A DNA stretch of 55,714 nucleotides from the NCBI GenBank assembly GCA_016209255.1, contig JACQWL010000350.1, positions 1 to 55,714 of the forward strand, given 5' to 3'. The stretch is from Verrucomicrobiota bacterium. GTDB taxonomy: Bacteria; Verrucomicrobiota; Verrucomicrobiia; Opitutales; Opitutaceae. Under the pieces are notes generated by a model. The model was not told the DNA's origin, did not search any database, and saw only the letters and a list, made by a program, of their open reading frames with translations. The translations under genes and the position numbers were made by a program. Shown one piece after another: positions 38,259 to 46,988 of this stretch. Positions within the stretch are counted from its first letter, which is position 1, and every line of letters starts with the position of its first letter.

Positions 38259-41200
38259 TCAGAACGACCACGTGGTCGTGAATCGGATCTCCCGCGGGGC
38301 GACCAAATCGTACCGGCTGTAGGCCACGCCGCGACCGCCGGGCAGCATAAAACCGTCCGGTACCGTGGTCCCGGTGGCGAGGCGCACGGGAATGATATCG
38401 TCCTGGTCGAGCAGGTTCGAGATGTTGACCTGGAAGCGCACCCGGCCCGGCAGACGGTTGAATTTGCGGGTGTACGCCATCATCATGTCGGACGCGGTGA
38501 TCACTTTGCCCGTGATTTCGTTACCGTTCGAGTCCGATCCGATCACGTTGGAACTGCGCCAGCGCCAGCCGCCGCCAAGGGTGAATCCCTTCAGATTGCC
38601 TTCCTTGAAATCGTAGGCCGTGAAGAGGCTGATTTTGTGCGGACGTACTCCCCACCGCTTGTCTTGGTCCTCCCTCAAATTGTTGTACGTGTCGACGAGG
38701 CTGAGAATCTCCTGCGCCACCGTCTGCCCGTTGGAGGTGGTGAGCGCCGCGAGATTCGCGTCGGGATGCTGGGCCCCCAACTCGATCCACTTCGCGACGG
38801 TGCCGCCCGCCGTGTACGCATTGGGATCGACCACAAAGCGGCCACTCGCATCCTGCCTCACTCCTTGGGTCAAGCGGTTGCCGTCACCTTCCTTGAGCCC
38901 GTACCAGGCGTGGATCTCCGAGGCCGAATTTTGGCGACGGGAATCGGTATAGGAATAATTGGCGACCAAGCGCCAGTTTCGCGTCAGGTTCGTGGTCACC
39001 CGGGCCTCGTACCCTTTGGAATCGTATTCGGACGAAGCGGCGGTGGCTGGCGGCGTGTAGGCCGAGTGAATCGGATCCCACTGGCTCTGGGAGTAGGGCC
39101 GGCCGGCGCCCACGAGTGCCCCTTCAAACGCGTCCATCACGCGGTTGTTCCTGCCCGCCGCGCCGCCGAAGCCGGCCGTCGTGATCTTTCCCTGTTCGTT
39201 CGAGGTGAAATAGACGATCTTGGCGCTTACCCGGCCTTTGAGCAGATCGAAGCCCAACCCGTAGTCCTCGCCGTGGCCCTCCGAGGAAGGCGCCAGAGCA
39301 CCGTCGGGAAAGATCTTCCGGACGAAGGACGGGACGCCTTGGTTCGTCGAACGATTGGCGATCAGCGACAGCCAGTCGAACACATGGTAAACCACCCCGG
39401 CCGTCCCGGTGAAGCCCGTCGCACTGGTGGTTTTCGATTTGCTGCGATCGCGGTCCACGATGTCGCCGACAATCGGATCGTTATAGTAGCCCAACTCGAT
39501 GACCTCGACCTTGTCCTGCCGGTAGCCGAAGGTCGTGACGACTTTCCCTTCCAGAAAGTAACTCTGCGCGACCCCCAGCATCGATTTCGACTCCTGCTCG
39601 CCGCCGCTGTTGTTCGCCCCGCCGACTTCATTGGCGAAGGTCAGCTGGTAGTCGCGGCCCCCAAAATTGACGGTGGAGGGAAGTTTCCGCCAGTCGCCCA
39701 CCTGGTAGGTCGCCCAGCTGCCCTCGGTGATGTAATTGCGAACGGTGATCCGGTTATTGACATTGTTGGGGGTGTTGTTGAACGGCCGCCCGGCGAGTGC
39801 CAGCCAGGAGTTGGCGCGCACGTCGAACTGGGCTGACTGGGAAACCATGGCCGCGATGCGATGCCGGCCGAACCACTTCGATTTCGTATCGAGCGAATAC
39901 GACGCCGAAAGCCTCGTCTCCTTGGAGTCGCCCACGTGGACGTCGCGCCGCCAGGTCCCGTCGAAGTACAGCCTGCCGGCGTAAGGATTGACCCTGCCGT
40001 TGACCCCGAGCGTACGGTTGGGATCGCCCCGCAGCGTGGGATCCGAGCCGGTCATCAGGTTGACCACGGCCTTGGTGTCCTGGTAATTGTGCGCGAAATT
40101 GAAGGCCAGGTTTTGCGTCGCCTGCCAGTCCACCGAGAGGGTGTAGTTTTTCAGCTTCTGTTCCCGAAACATGCCCGGGCCCGCGGCGTTGATGTCGCGC
40201 GGATAGATTCGCGGATCGTTGACGCGGAGCGTGGAGCCCGTCGCTCCCGGCGTGCCGTCGGGAGCGTGCACCCCCGAGTTGTTGTAGCTGCCGGAAAGGA
40301 ACGCGCCGATGTTGTCAAAGGTCGTGCCATCGTTCTCGATAAAGGTGGCGCGGCGGTTGTTGCCCGTGCGGTTACCGTCGCGCGCCGTGACTCCCAGGGC
40401 CCGCAGGGCGGCGTTCGGCACGGTGTTGTTCGGCGTAAACGTCACTGCGGCCACGCCTTTCGCCTCGCGGTTGTCGTACCACGCGAGGGCCTCGTCCGAC
40501 TCCACGGTCGCGCGGATGACCGCGCCAAGGTCCCGGCCGGTTTCGCCCATGGCAGTGATCTTTACCTGGCGGATCGGACGAAAGATCACCGATCCGAAGA
40601 TGCGCTTCTTGTCCTGAAAATCGAACGCCCGCCACCCGCCATTTTCCTGCTGCACCGCCGCCAGGGAGACGGCGAACCGGTCCTGCTGCAGGATCTTGTT
40701 GGCGTCAATCTCCCGCCGGCCGCGGTCCCAGGAACCAAAACTGAAGCGGAGATTGGCACTGTCGCCGCGGGTCGTGGCCACCTTCGACGACTGGTTGAGC
40801 ATGCCACCCGGCGCCCCGATGCCGAACAGGATGCTGTTGGGCCCCCGGGTGTCCTCGAAACGGCCGGCCCGATACGGGTCCAGCGGCGTGATGCTGGTGA
40901 AATAATCCAAGCCCATGCTGGCGTCGAGCCCCCGGACGAGCATGGTGGGGGTCAGGCTCTGGGCGTTAATCACGGGGTTCAGGCCACTCCCGGCCTGATT
41001 CGCATTGGTGTTCATCTCGGAGTTCACGGAGTACTGCACCAGTTCGCTCACGTCGGTGATCGCAAGGTCGTCGAGAAACTCCATGGTGAAAACCGACACG
41101 GAGCCGGCGGTATCCCGCAGCTGCGTATTGAGCCGGCTGCCCGCCAGCGTGTTCTCGGCCAGATAGCCGACGTCCCGGCTGGTGTTGACGGTGAAAGGGC

Positions 41201-41333
41201 TCAATTCGACGATGTCCTCCGTCTTCGCGGGCGGCGGTGCGGGTTGGCCGGTCTCGGCCGCGGAGGCGAGGGAAACTATTCCGAGGAGGAGGCAGGCAGG
41301 CCGGAGCGCCGTCGGGGTCTTATCGGTATTCAT
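38259..41333 (-). CDS. TonB-dependent receptor (Opitutus type, plug + barrel)
   Basis: Signal peptide; EDIVELSPFTV, NTLAGSRLNT, RGPNSILFG plug motifs; C-terminal ..RFTTTWSF. Confidence 0.92.
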   Translation of the reverse strand: MNTDKTPTALRPACLLLGIVSLASAAETGQPAPPPAKTEDIVELSPFTVNTSRDVGYLAENTLAGSRLNTQLRDTAGSVSVFTMEFLDDLAITDVSELVQYSVNSEMNTNANQAGSGLNPVINAQSLTPTMLVRGLDASMGLDYFTSITPLDPYRAGRFEDTRGPNSILFGIGAPGGMLNQSSKVATTRGDSANLRFSFGSWDRGRREIDANKILQQDRFAVSLAAVQQENGGWRAFDFQDKKRIFGSVIFRPIRQVKITAMGETGRDLGAVIRATVESDEALAWYDNREAKGVAAVTFTPNNTVPNAALRALGVTARDGNRTGNNRRATFIENDGTTFDNIGAFLSGSYNNSGVHAPDGTPGATGSTLRVNDPRIYPRDINAAGPGMFREQKLKNYTLSVDWQATQNLAFNFAHNYQDTKAVVNLMTGSDPTLRGDPNRTLGVNGRVNPYAGRLYFDGTWRRDVHVGDSKETRLSASYSLDTKSKWFGRHRIAAMVSQSAQFDVRANSWLALAGRPFNNTPNNVNNRITVRNYITEGSWATYQVGDWRKLPSTVNFGGRDYQLTFANEVGGANNSGGEQESKSMLGVAQSYFLEGKVVTTFGYRQDKVEVIELGYYNDPIVGDIVDRDRSKSKTTSATGFTGTAGVVYHVFDWLSLIANRSTNQGVPSFVRKIFPDGALAPSSEGHGEDYGLGFDLLKGRVSAKIVYFTSNEQGKITTAGFGGAAGRNNRVMDAFEGALVGAGRPYSQSQWDPIHSAYTPPATAASSEYDSKGYEARVTTNLTRNWRLVANYSYTDSRRQNSASEIHAWYGLKEGDGNRLTQGVRQDASGRFVVDPNAYTAGGTVAKWIELGAQHPDANLAALTTSNGQTVAQEILSLVDTYNNLREDQDKRWGVRPHKISLFTAYDFKEGNLKGFTLGGGWRWRSSNVIGSDSNGNEITGKVITASDMMMAYTRKFNRLPGRVRFQVNISNLLDQDDIIPVRLATGTTVPDGFMLPGGRGVAYSRYDLVAPREIRFTTTWSF

Positions 41334-41439
41334 TGGGTTGGACCGGGTTGATGGGCTGAAGTGATTCGGCAGATCCATCCGCTTGGAAAAGCGACACCCC
41401 GATTAGTCCCCACCGACCGCCGAGGTCACTCCCCGACGG

Positions 41440-41455
41440 CTGACATTTTGGACAG
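41440..41455. promoter_or_regulatory. CTGAC-N6-GTCAG-type palindrome (CTGACATTTTGGACAG)
   Basis: Intergenic, upstream of TBDR 41333; one of five similar sites. Confidence 0.5.
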
Positions 41456-41458
41456 GGT

Positions 41459-43564
41459 TCAGGCCTCGCTCAAACTCTTCGGGTCGGCCTCGAGTTCGTG
41501 GCAGGCGCGGAGGAAGGAGGCGGCGGACCACGCCTGGTAAGCCTTGCCCATCGGTCGGCCGGTCTGGCCGTGGGCCCACTCGTTGAACTCCCACTCCTGG
41601 TCGCGGCCGAGTTGATTGAGCTGCGCGAGACGAACGAGTTCGCGGCACGCGACCTCGTGGAAACCGAGCCGGTGGATGAAACGCACCCACATGCCACCGA
41701 TGAATGGCCAGATGCCGCCGTTGTGGTAGTGATGCGGGAGGTTGAGCAGGTTGACCGTGTAATATGCCCGCCAGTCGGGATCGCCGGCCTGCACGACGGG
41801 GTAGAGATTGGCGATGGGGAAGGGCTGGTTGACGCCGACGCCCCACATGAAGCGAAAGGCCGTGCGCGCGCGGTCGACGTCGAGCACGTTCATGAGGAAG
41901 GCGAGGATGTTGCCGTAGGTGTCGCAGCGCCAGTTGAAGGAAAAGGGGGTGATTTCGGCCAACAGGAATTGCGCGTCGCCGACGCCGGACTGACGATCGG
42001 CGAAGCGATTCTGGCGCGGGCCGGTGGCGTCGGGCTGCGTGGTGGGCCAGAAGATGTCGAGCAGGCGGCTGCGGATCTTCTGCGACCAGCGGAGGTAATC
42101 GGCGGCGCGATCGAACTGGCCCATGAGTTCGAGCATACGGCCGTAACAGACGTTGGTGCGGAACCAGAGCACCTCGTCGTAGAGCACGTTGTAGCTGCGG
42201 CCGAAAAGGTCGGTCCAGTCGCCGGCCTCGGGGATCTCGAGCAGGCCGTCGTTGTTCGAGTCCTGGGCGCTGAGCCAGTTCATGACGGTCTGCAGCCGGT
42301 CGGCGTGGCGGTAGAGCAGCGAGAGGTCGCCGGTCCGGTTGGCGTAGTTGTAGAGGGCGATCATGACCCAGAGACCGCTATCGATGGAGGCGATGCTGCC
42401 GACGCCGGCGTACTCGGGCTGGCCGTCGGCGAGGCGGACGTTGGCGGGAATCTGGCCGTTGGGAGTCGCCGCGTTGAGAAGGGTCTCGAGCGTCTGGAGC
42501 TGGGCGGCGCGCACCTCCTCGTCGTGGACGTGCAGCGTGTTCCAGACGGCGATAGCGCCGTCGCGGGCCCAGACGCTGTGGTAGTTGGCGTCGGTGCCGG
42601 TGACGGTGTTGTCGGCGAGGGAGCAGGCGGAGAAGCCGAGCGGGGTGATGTTTTTCTTGAGGGCGACAAGGGCCTTCTCGTAGGCGGTGGCGAGGAAGGC
42701 CTTCTCCTTGTCGGTGAGGGAGCCGAGCTTGGTGCCGGTGAAGAGCATCCGAAAACCCGGATCCATGTCGGTGCGCTTGAGGCGGGTCTTCTCCTTCGTC
42801 GGCAGGACGCAAACGACGCCATAGTGGCAGAGGCCGTCGAGCACGCCGTCGGCGAGGATCTGGCGCGAGCTGTAGGTGGGGATGTCGACGGTGGCCTCGA
42901 AGAGCTCGGGCAGGGCGTTCTCGACGACGATGCCGCGCACGCCGGCGAGCCGGAACATGCTGGCGTCGTTGCGGGTGTCGCCGGCGACGAGCACGGCGTC
43001 GAGCGGCACGCCGAGGCGGGCGCAAAGCCACGAAAGCGCGCCGCCCTTCGTGGCGTTATGCGGGAGCACGTCGAGGTCGCGCCCGCTGGAGTAGACAATC
43101 TTCACCTTGAGTCCGGCGCCGGCGAGCTGGCGCTTGATTTCGCGGATGGCGGTGGGCGGGGCGCGGTCGAGGAACCAGCTCGACTTGAACTCGTGCTGGA
43201 ACTCGTCCGGCTGCGGGCGCACGTCGGGGAACCGGCCGGCGATCTCGCGCACGCGGGCGAGATCCCAGCCCTCGGCGAGGTGCGCGTGCAGCTCGTCAAG
43301 CATCCGGCCGGCCTGCACGTCGAAGACCTGCGTGCCGACGCCGCCGACGTAGAAGTCGGCCGCGGGCAGCGTGCCGTCGTCCACGAAACGGCGCAGGTCG
43401 CCGACGAGCCGGCCGCTGTTGTAGACCAGCAGCGGACGGGCCTCGGGGGAGAGCACGGTCCACGCAGTCTTGAACCGCTGGCTCGCCTCTGGGTTGCCGA
43501 GGAGTGTGCCGTCGAGGTCGGTGCTGAAAAGCCGGATCGCGGGCGGGTTATCCGCGGTGCTCAT
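41459..43564 (-). CDS. Fusion of mannosylfructose/sucrose-phosphate phosphatase (HAD-IIB, MfppA-like) with a GH100-like alkaline/neutral invertase-type hydrolase
   Basis: N-terminus STDLDGT, YNSGR, KGGAL, GDTRND; C-terminus VWARDG, IDSGLW, YHNGGIWP, QAWSAA. Confidence 0.88.
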   Translation of the reverse strand: MSTADNPPAIRLFSTDLDGTLLGNPEASQRFKTAWTVLSPEARPLLVYNSGRLVGDLRRFVDDGTLPAADFYVGGVGTQVFDVQAGRMLDELHAHLAEGWDLARVREIAGRFPDVRPQPDEFQHEFKSSWFLDRAPPTAIREIKRQLAGAGLKVKIVYSSGRDLDVLPHNATKGGALSWLCARLGVPLDAVLVAGDTRNDASMFRLAGVRGIVVENALPELFEATVDIPTYSSRQILADGVLDGLCHYGVVCVLPTKEKTRLKRTDMDPGFRMLFTGTKLGSLTDKEKAFLATAYEKALVALKKNITPLGFSACSLADNTVTGTDANYHSVWARDGAIAVWNTLHVHDEEVRAAQLQTLETLLNAATPNGQIPANVRLADGQPEYAGVGSIASIDSGLWVMIALYNYANRTGDLSLLYRHADRLQTVMNWLSAQDSNNDGLLEIPEAGDWTDLFGRSYNVLYDEVLWFRTNVCYGRMLELMGQFDRAADYLRWSQKIRSRLLDIFWPTTQPDATGPRQNRFADRQSGVGDAQFLLAEITPFSFNWRCDTYGNILAFLMNVLDVDRARTAFRFMWGVGVNQPFPIANLYPVVQAGDPDWRAYYTVNLLNLPHHYHNGGIWPFIGGMWVRFIHRLGFHEVACRELVRLAQLNQLGRDQEWEFNEWAHGQTGRPMGKAYQAWSAASFLRACHELEADPKSLSEA

Positions 43565-43566
43565 GG

Positions 43567-44046
43567 TCAAGGGCGGCGGATCGACATGACCGGACACCGG
43601 GCGTGGCGGATGACACGCTCCACCGTGCTGCCCAACAACACGCGCCTGAACCCGCTGCGGTCCTTGGTTGTGAGCACAATCAGGTCGGCGTCCAACTTGG
43701 ACGCGGCGCCGAGAATCTGCCGGGCCGGCTCACCAATCAGCACGAGGTTGTCGGACTGGAGCCGCGGAGGCAGCAGTTCGGCGGCCATACGGTCGAGCCG
43801 GCGGAGCGCCTCGGCTTGGAGCCGGGGCAAGTTTGCCTGGTCGGCTATTCGTCCGGGCGACAGGACGTGGACGAGGTGAATCCGGGCCGAGAATTTCTGT
43901 GCGAGCGGCACCGCATAGCGCAACGCCTGGCGGGACTTGCCCGAGAAGTCGAGCGGCACGAGCAGATGTAGGATCCGCGGATAGGATGACTTGACCCGGC
44001 CGAACACTGAGGGCGTGGCGGGTTTGGAGAGAGGGGGCGTGGTCAT
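43567..44046 (-). CDS. Universal stress protein (UspA family)
   Basis: LLVPLDFSGKS, IHLVHV, GEPARQI, ADLIVL, LLGSTVERVIRHARCPV. Confidence 0.92.
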   Translation of the reverse strand: MTTPPLSKPATPSVFGRVKSSYPRILHLLVPLDFSGKSRQALRYAVPLAQKFSARIHLVHVLSPGRIADQANLPRLQAEALRRLDRMAAELLPPRLQSDNLVLIGEPARQILGAASKLDADLIVLTTKDRSGFRRVLLGSTVERVIRHARCPVMSIRRP

Positions 44047-44603
44047 GTTTGTTCGGTCGTGGGTTCTGGCTGCCGGAGTTGCTCCGCCAGCCCGCTGGTT
44101 TGTTGGCCGGCGCGGCGCCGGAAGACACGCTGAAAGTAGGTGTTGTTCGGGACGAGCACGGTCTCGCCCGGCTCGACCTGCAGCGTGGTGAAGATCAGGC
44201 TCAAGTCCACAACCCGGCCCTTCACGTTGTCGGCGGGGAATTCGAGTTCGTCGCCGATGGAGAATGGCTTGAACACCACGAGGACAAACGTGCAGAGGAA
44301 ATTGCTCAGCACGCTCCACACGGCCACGAAGCCGATGGCGACGAGTCCGAGCACCGTGCCGAGCAGCGCCAGGATGGTGCCGAGTTCGAAGCCCCAGAGT
44401 CCGAGGATGAGCGCGGTGGCGACGACGAGAATGGAGGAACGGAGCATCAGCCGCACGGGCGCGAAGGCCAGCCGCGGCAGGCCGGCCCACCGGGCGAATT
44501 GCAGGATCCGGCCGCGGAGACCGAAGAAAAGCGCCAGTGCGACGATGAGAATTACGCCTGTTTCGACGAGGCGGCGGAGGGTGTCGGGATCGAGATGGTT
44601 CAT
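44043..44603 (-). CDS. Short MscS-family mechanosensitive channel (TM + middle beta domain)
   Basis: Three hydrophobic segments, KPFSIGD, GRVVDLSLIFTTL, VLVPNN; ATGA overlap with the USP gene. Confidence 0.85.
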   Translation of the reverse strand: MNHLDPDTLRRLVETGVILIVALALFFGLRGRILQFARWAGLPRLAFAPVRLMLRSSILVVATALILGLWGFELGTILALLGTVLGLVAIGFVAVWSVLSNFLCTFVLVVFKPFSIGDELEFPADNVKGRVVDLSLIFTTLQVEPGETVLVPNNTYFQRVFRRRAGQQTSGLAEQLRQPEPTTEQT

Positions 44604-44644
44604 GTTCGTGGGAATGGGAGGGTTGGGCGGAAGCTGAATTGCGC

Positions 44645-45982
44645 TCAGTCCCCGTCGTTCCACGGCTCGTCCCACTCGTTGTCGGTGAAGGCGAGGGCGG
44701 TGGCGCGCTCCTCGATGAGGCTGACGAGTTGCTGGGCGATGCCCGTCCAGGTGAAAAGGCTGCGGGCCTTGTGTGCGCCCATGCGCGCGAGGCGGTTCTG
44801 CAGCCGCGGGTGCCGGAGGACCTTCACGACTGAAATGCCGAGGTCCTCCTTGTCGAAAGAGTCGGCATAGAGCGCGTGGCGGCCAAACGTCACGGCGCGG
44901 AACAGGCCGCCGTGGGTCGTGATGACCGTGGGCGTGCCGCAGGCCATGGCCTCGATGGCGGTCATGCCGAAGGGCTCGTAGCGGCTGCTGAGCACGAACA
45001 CGTCGGCCGCGCGGTAATGGTCCGCGAGATCGGCGTCGGCGATGAAACCGCTGAACTTGACGCGGGCCGCGAGGCCGAGCGTGGCGGCCTGGGCCCGGAG
45101 TTCGTCGAGGATCTTCTGTTCGTTGGCGTTGAGGAGTGTGCCGCCGACGGCGAGGTGGAGGACGGCGTCCGGGATGCGCGACGCGACGACCGAGAAGCCG
45201 TCGATGAGCAGGTCGTAGCCCTTGTTGCGGGCGAGCCGGCCGATGGCGAGGACGACCTTGCCCTCGAAACCGAGGCGGGCGCAGATCGCGTTGCGCGAAG
45301 CGGCGCTGACCGGGAAAAAGCGGTTGTCGTCGTAGCCGGGCGGAATCATCTGTACCTGCTCGGCAGCCGCACCGTAGTCCTTCACGATCATGTCCACCTG
45401 CACCGGCGTCGTGGCGATGACCTCCTCGCAGGTGCGGTAGAGCTGGGTTTCCTCGTTGATGCGTTGGGTGAAGTTGTACTTCGTTTCGAAGTTCGCCGCG
45501 TCGTCCGGATAGTCCCTTTCCATGAGCTGCTTTTTCCAGAGGCCGAGCGAGTGCGGCGTGTGGATGTGCGGGACATCGAGCGCCTCGGCGAGTCTCCGCG
45601 TGGCAAAACCGGCGTCCCAGTAATGGCTGTTGAAGAACTGGTATTTGAGCCGGTGCTGCGTGACGAGCCGGAGCGCATTTTCCGACCATTCGCCGAGGTG
45701 GCGGACGAGGTATTCCTTGTCGACGAAGTTGCGTCCGCCGCACGGCACGCGGAGGATGCGGACGCGGTCGTTGACCACGTCCATAGCGGGCTGGTCCTCG
45801 AAACGGCGGGTCCAGATGTCGACCTCGAAGCCGAGCTGGGCGAGCTTCTTGGAGAGTTCGAGGACATAGACGACCTGGCCGCCGGTGTCGGCCGCCCCCA
45901 GCGGGGGTTCGGCGGCGACGTAGCCGTGGGTGGAAACCATGCCGATGCGCGGAAGCGCCGACTCAGGGAGGATGACTGTCAT
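44645..45982 (-). CDS. mfpsA: Mannosylfructose-phosphate synthase (GT4, sucrose-phosphate synthase-like)
   Basis: STHGYVAAEPPLGAADTGGQVVYVLEL, NSHYWDAG, SRYEPFGMTAIEAM, C-terminal EPWNDGD; closely follows Agrobacterium MfpsA as recalled. Confidence 0.85.
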   Translation of the reverse strand: MTVILPESALPRIGMVSTHGYVAAEPPLGAADTGGQVVYVLELSKKLAQLGFEVDIWTRRFEDQPAMDVVNDRVRILRVPCGGRNFVDKEYLVRHLGEWSENALRLVTQHRLKYQFFNSHYWDAGFATRRLAEALDVPHIHTPHSLGLWKKQLMERDYPDDAANFETKYNFTQRINEETQLYRTCEEVIATTPVQVDMIVKDYGAAAEQVQMIPPGYDDNRFFPVSAASRNAICARLGFEGKVVLAIGRLARNKGYDLLIDGFSVVASRIPDAVLHLAVGGTLLNANEQKILDELRAQAATLGLAARVKFSGFIADADLADHYRAADVFVLSSRYEPFGMTAIEAMACGTPTVITTHGGLFRAVTFGRHALYADSFDKEDLGISVVKVLRHPRLQNRLARMGAHKARSLFTWTGIAQQLVSLIEERATALAFTDNEWDEPWNDGD

Positions 45983-46299
45983 GGGATGAGTGGGTTGTGC
46001 CTCCGCGCGCTGAGTCGCGGCGGTTGCAGGTTGCGTTGTCACGGCCGGGGCCGCGGTGCACCGGAGAGGCCGGCACAACTGACGCCGCTCACGTATCCGA
46101 GTCGGGTGCAGCGAGGCAAAACACAGGGCTGCGAAACGGGAGCGACCCCACGGTTACGACACACCCGATGGTGCGAAGTGCCAAGGACAATCTTCTGCGC
46201 GCGCGAAAATTTCGGCGCCAGAAAATCGCACTCGTCAACCGCGCCACCGCACGCTCCGGCACGCCGGCTCGAGTTTTGCACCGGTCCGACTCCGACTCA

Positions 46300-46315
46300 C
46301 TGACACAATCGTCAG
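46300..46315. promoter_or_regulatory. CTGAC-N6-GTCAG palindrome (CTGACACAATCGTCAG)
   Basis: In the divergent gap between mfpsA and the receiver gene. Confidence 0.55.
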
Positions 46316-46359
46316 GCGCGTAGATTGGACACGGCGAACGCGATCGCCATACTGAGGTC

Positions 46360-46734
46360 ATGAATACCAAACCACGTTGCATCGTCGTAGACGACGACGC
46401 GGATTTTCTGGAGCAGGTGAAGCGTTTTTTTGTGGCGAGCTGCCTCGACTACGAGGTTCTCCCGTTCTCCAGCAGCGTCGACGCGATCGATTTCCTCCGG
46501 CAACACCGGGTGGACCTCATCCTCACGGCGTATTTGGTGCCGCAGATCGATGGGCTGCAACTCATCAGCCTCGTGCGCCGCCTCAACGCCCGCGTGCCGA
46601 TCTTGATGTTGTCGCGCGTTCCAATCGAAGCCGCCGCCCTCGCTCGCGGCGCGAGCGCGTTTCTCGCGAAGAGCGCGCTGTGGACGCAACTCGGCGCGGT
46701 CATCCGGGAACTCGGCATGCCATCGCGCGCGTAG
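46360..46734 (+). CDS. Single-domain receiver protein lacking the phosphoacceptor Asp
   Basis: VVDDD, DLILTAYLVPQIDG (Ala at the Asp site), PILMLS, FLAK. Confidence 0.85.
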   Translation: MNTKPRCIVVDDDADFLEQVKRFFVASCLDYEVLPFSSSVDAIDFLRQHRVDLILTAYLVPQIDGLQLISLVRRLNARVPILMLSRVPIEAAALARGASAFLAKSALWTQLGAVIRELGMPSRA

Positions 46735-46988
46735 ACGCCGGCGCCGATCGACCTGATCGATGCCTGCCGTTGGCCGGGTTCATGATGCGTCCGAACCCGG
46801 CCGGGAGCAAGGCACTGCGCGTGATGGTTCGGTCAGGCGAGATCGCATGCGCTCCCTCGCGTTGCGAAGTCAGAGCCGAAGCGTGTTCGTCAGCAGCACC
46901 GGCAACGGCGGATCGCAGCGCACGCGGACGATCGAGCCGCCGGGGTGCCGCTCAACCTCGTCGTCTGGGTTGTCAGCCCCGCAGGCAA

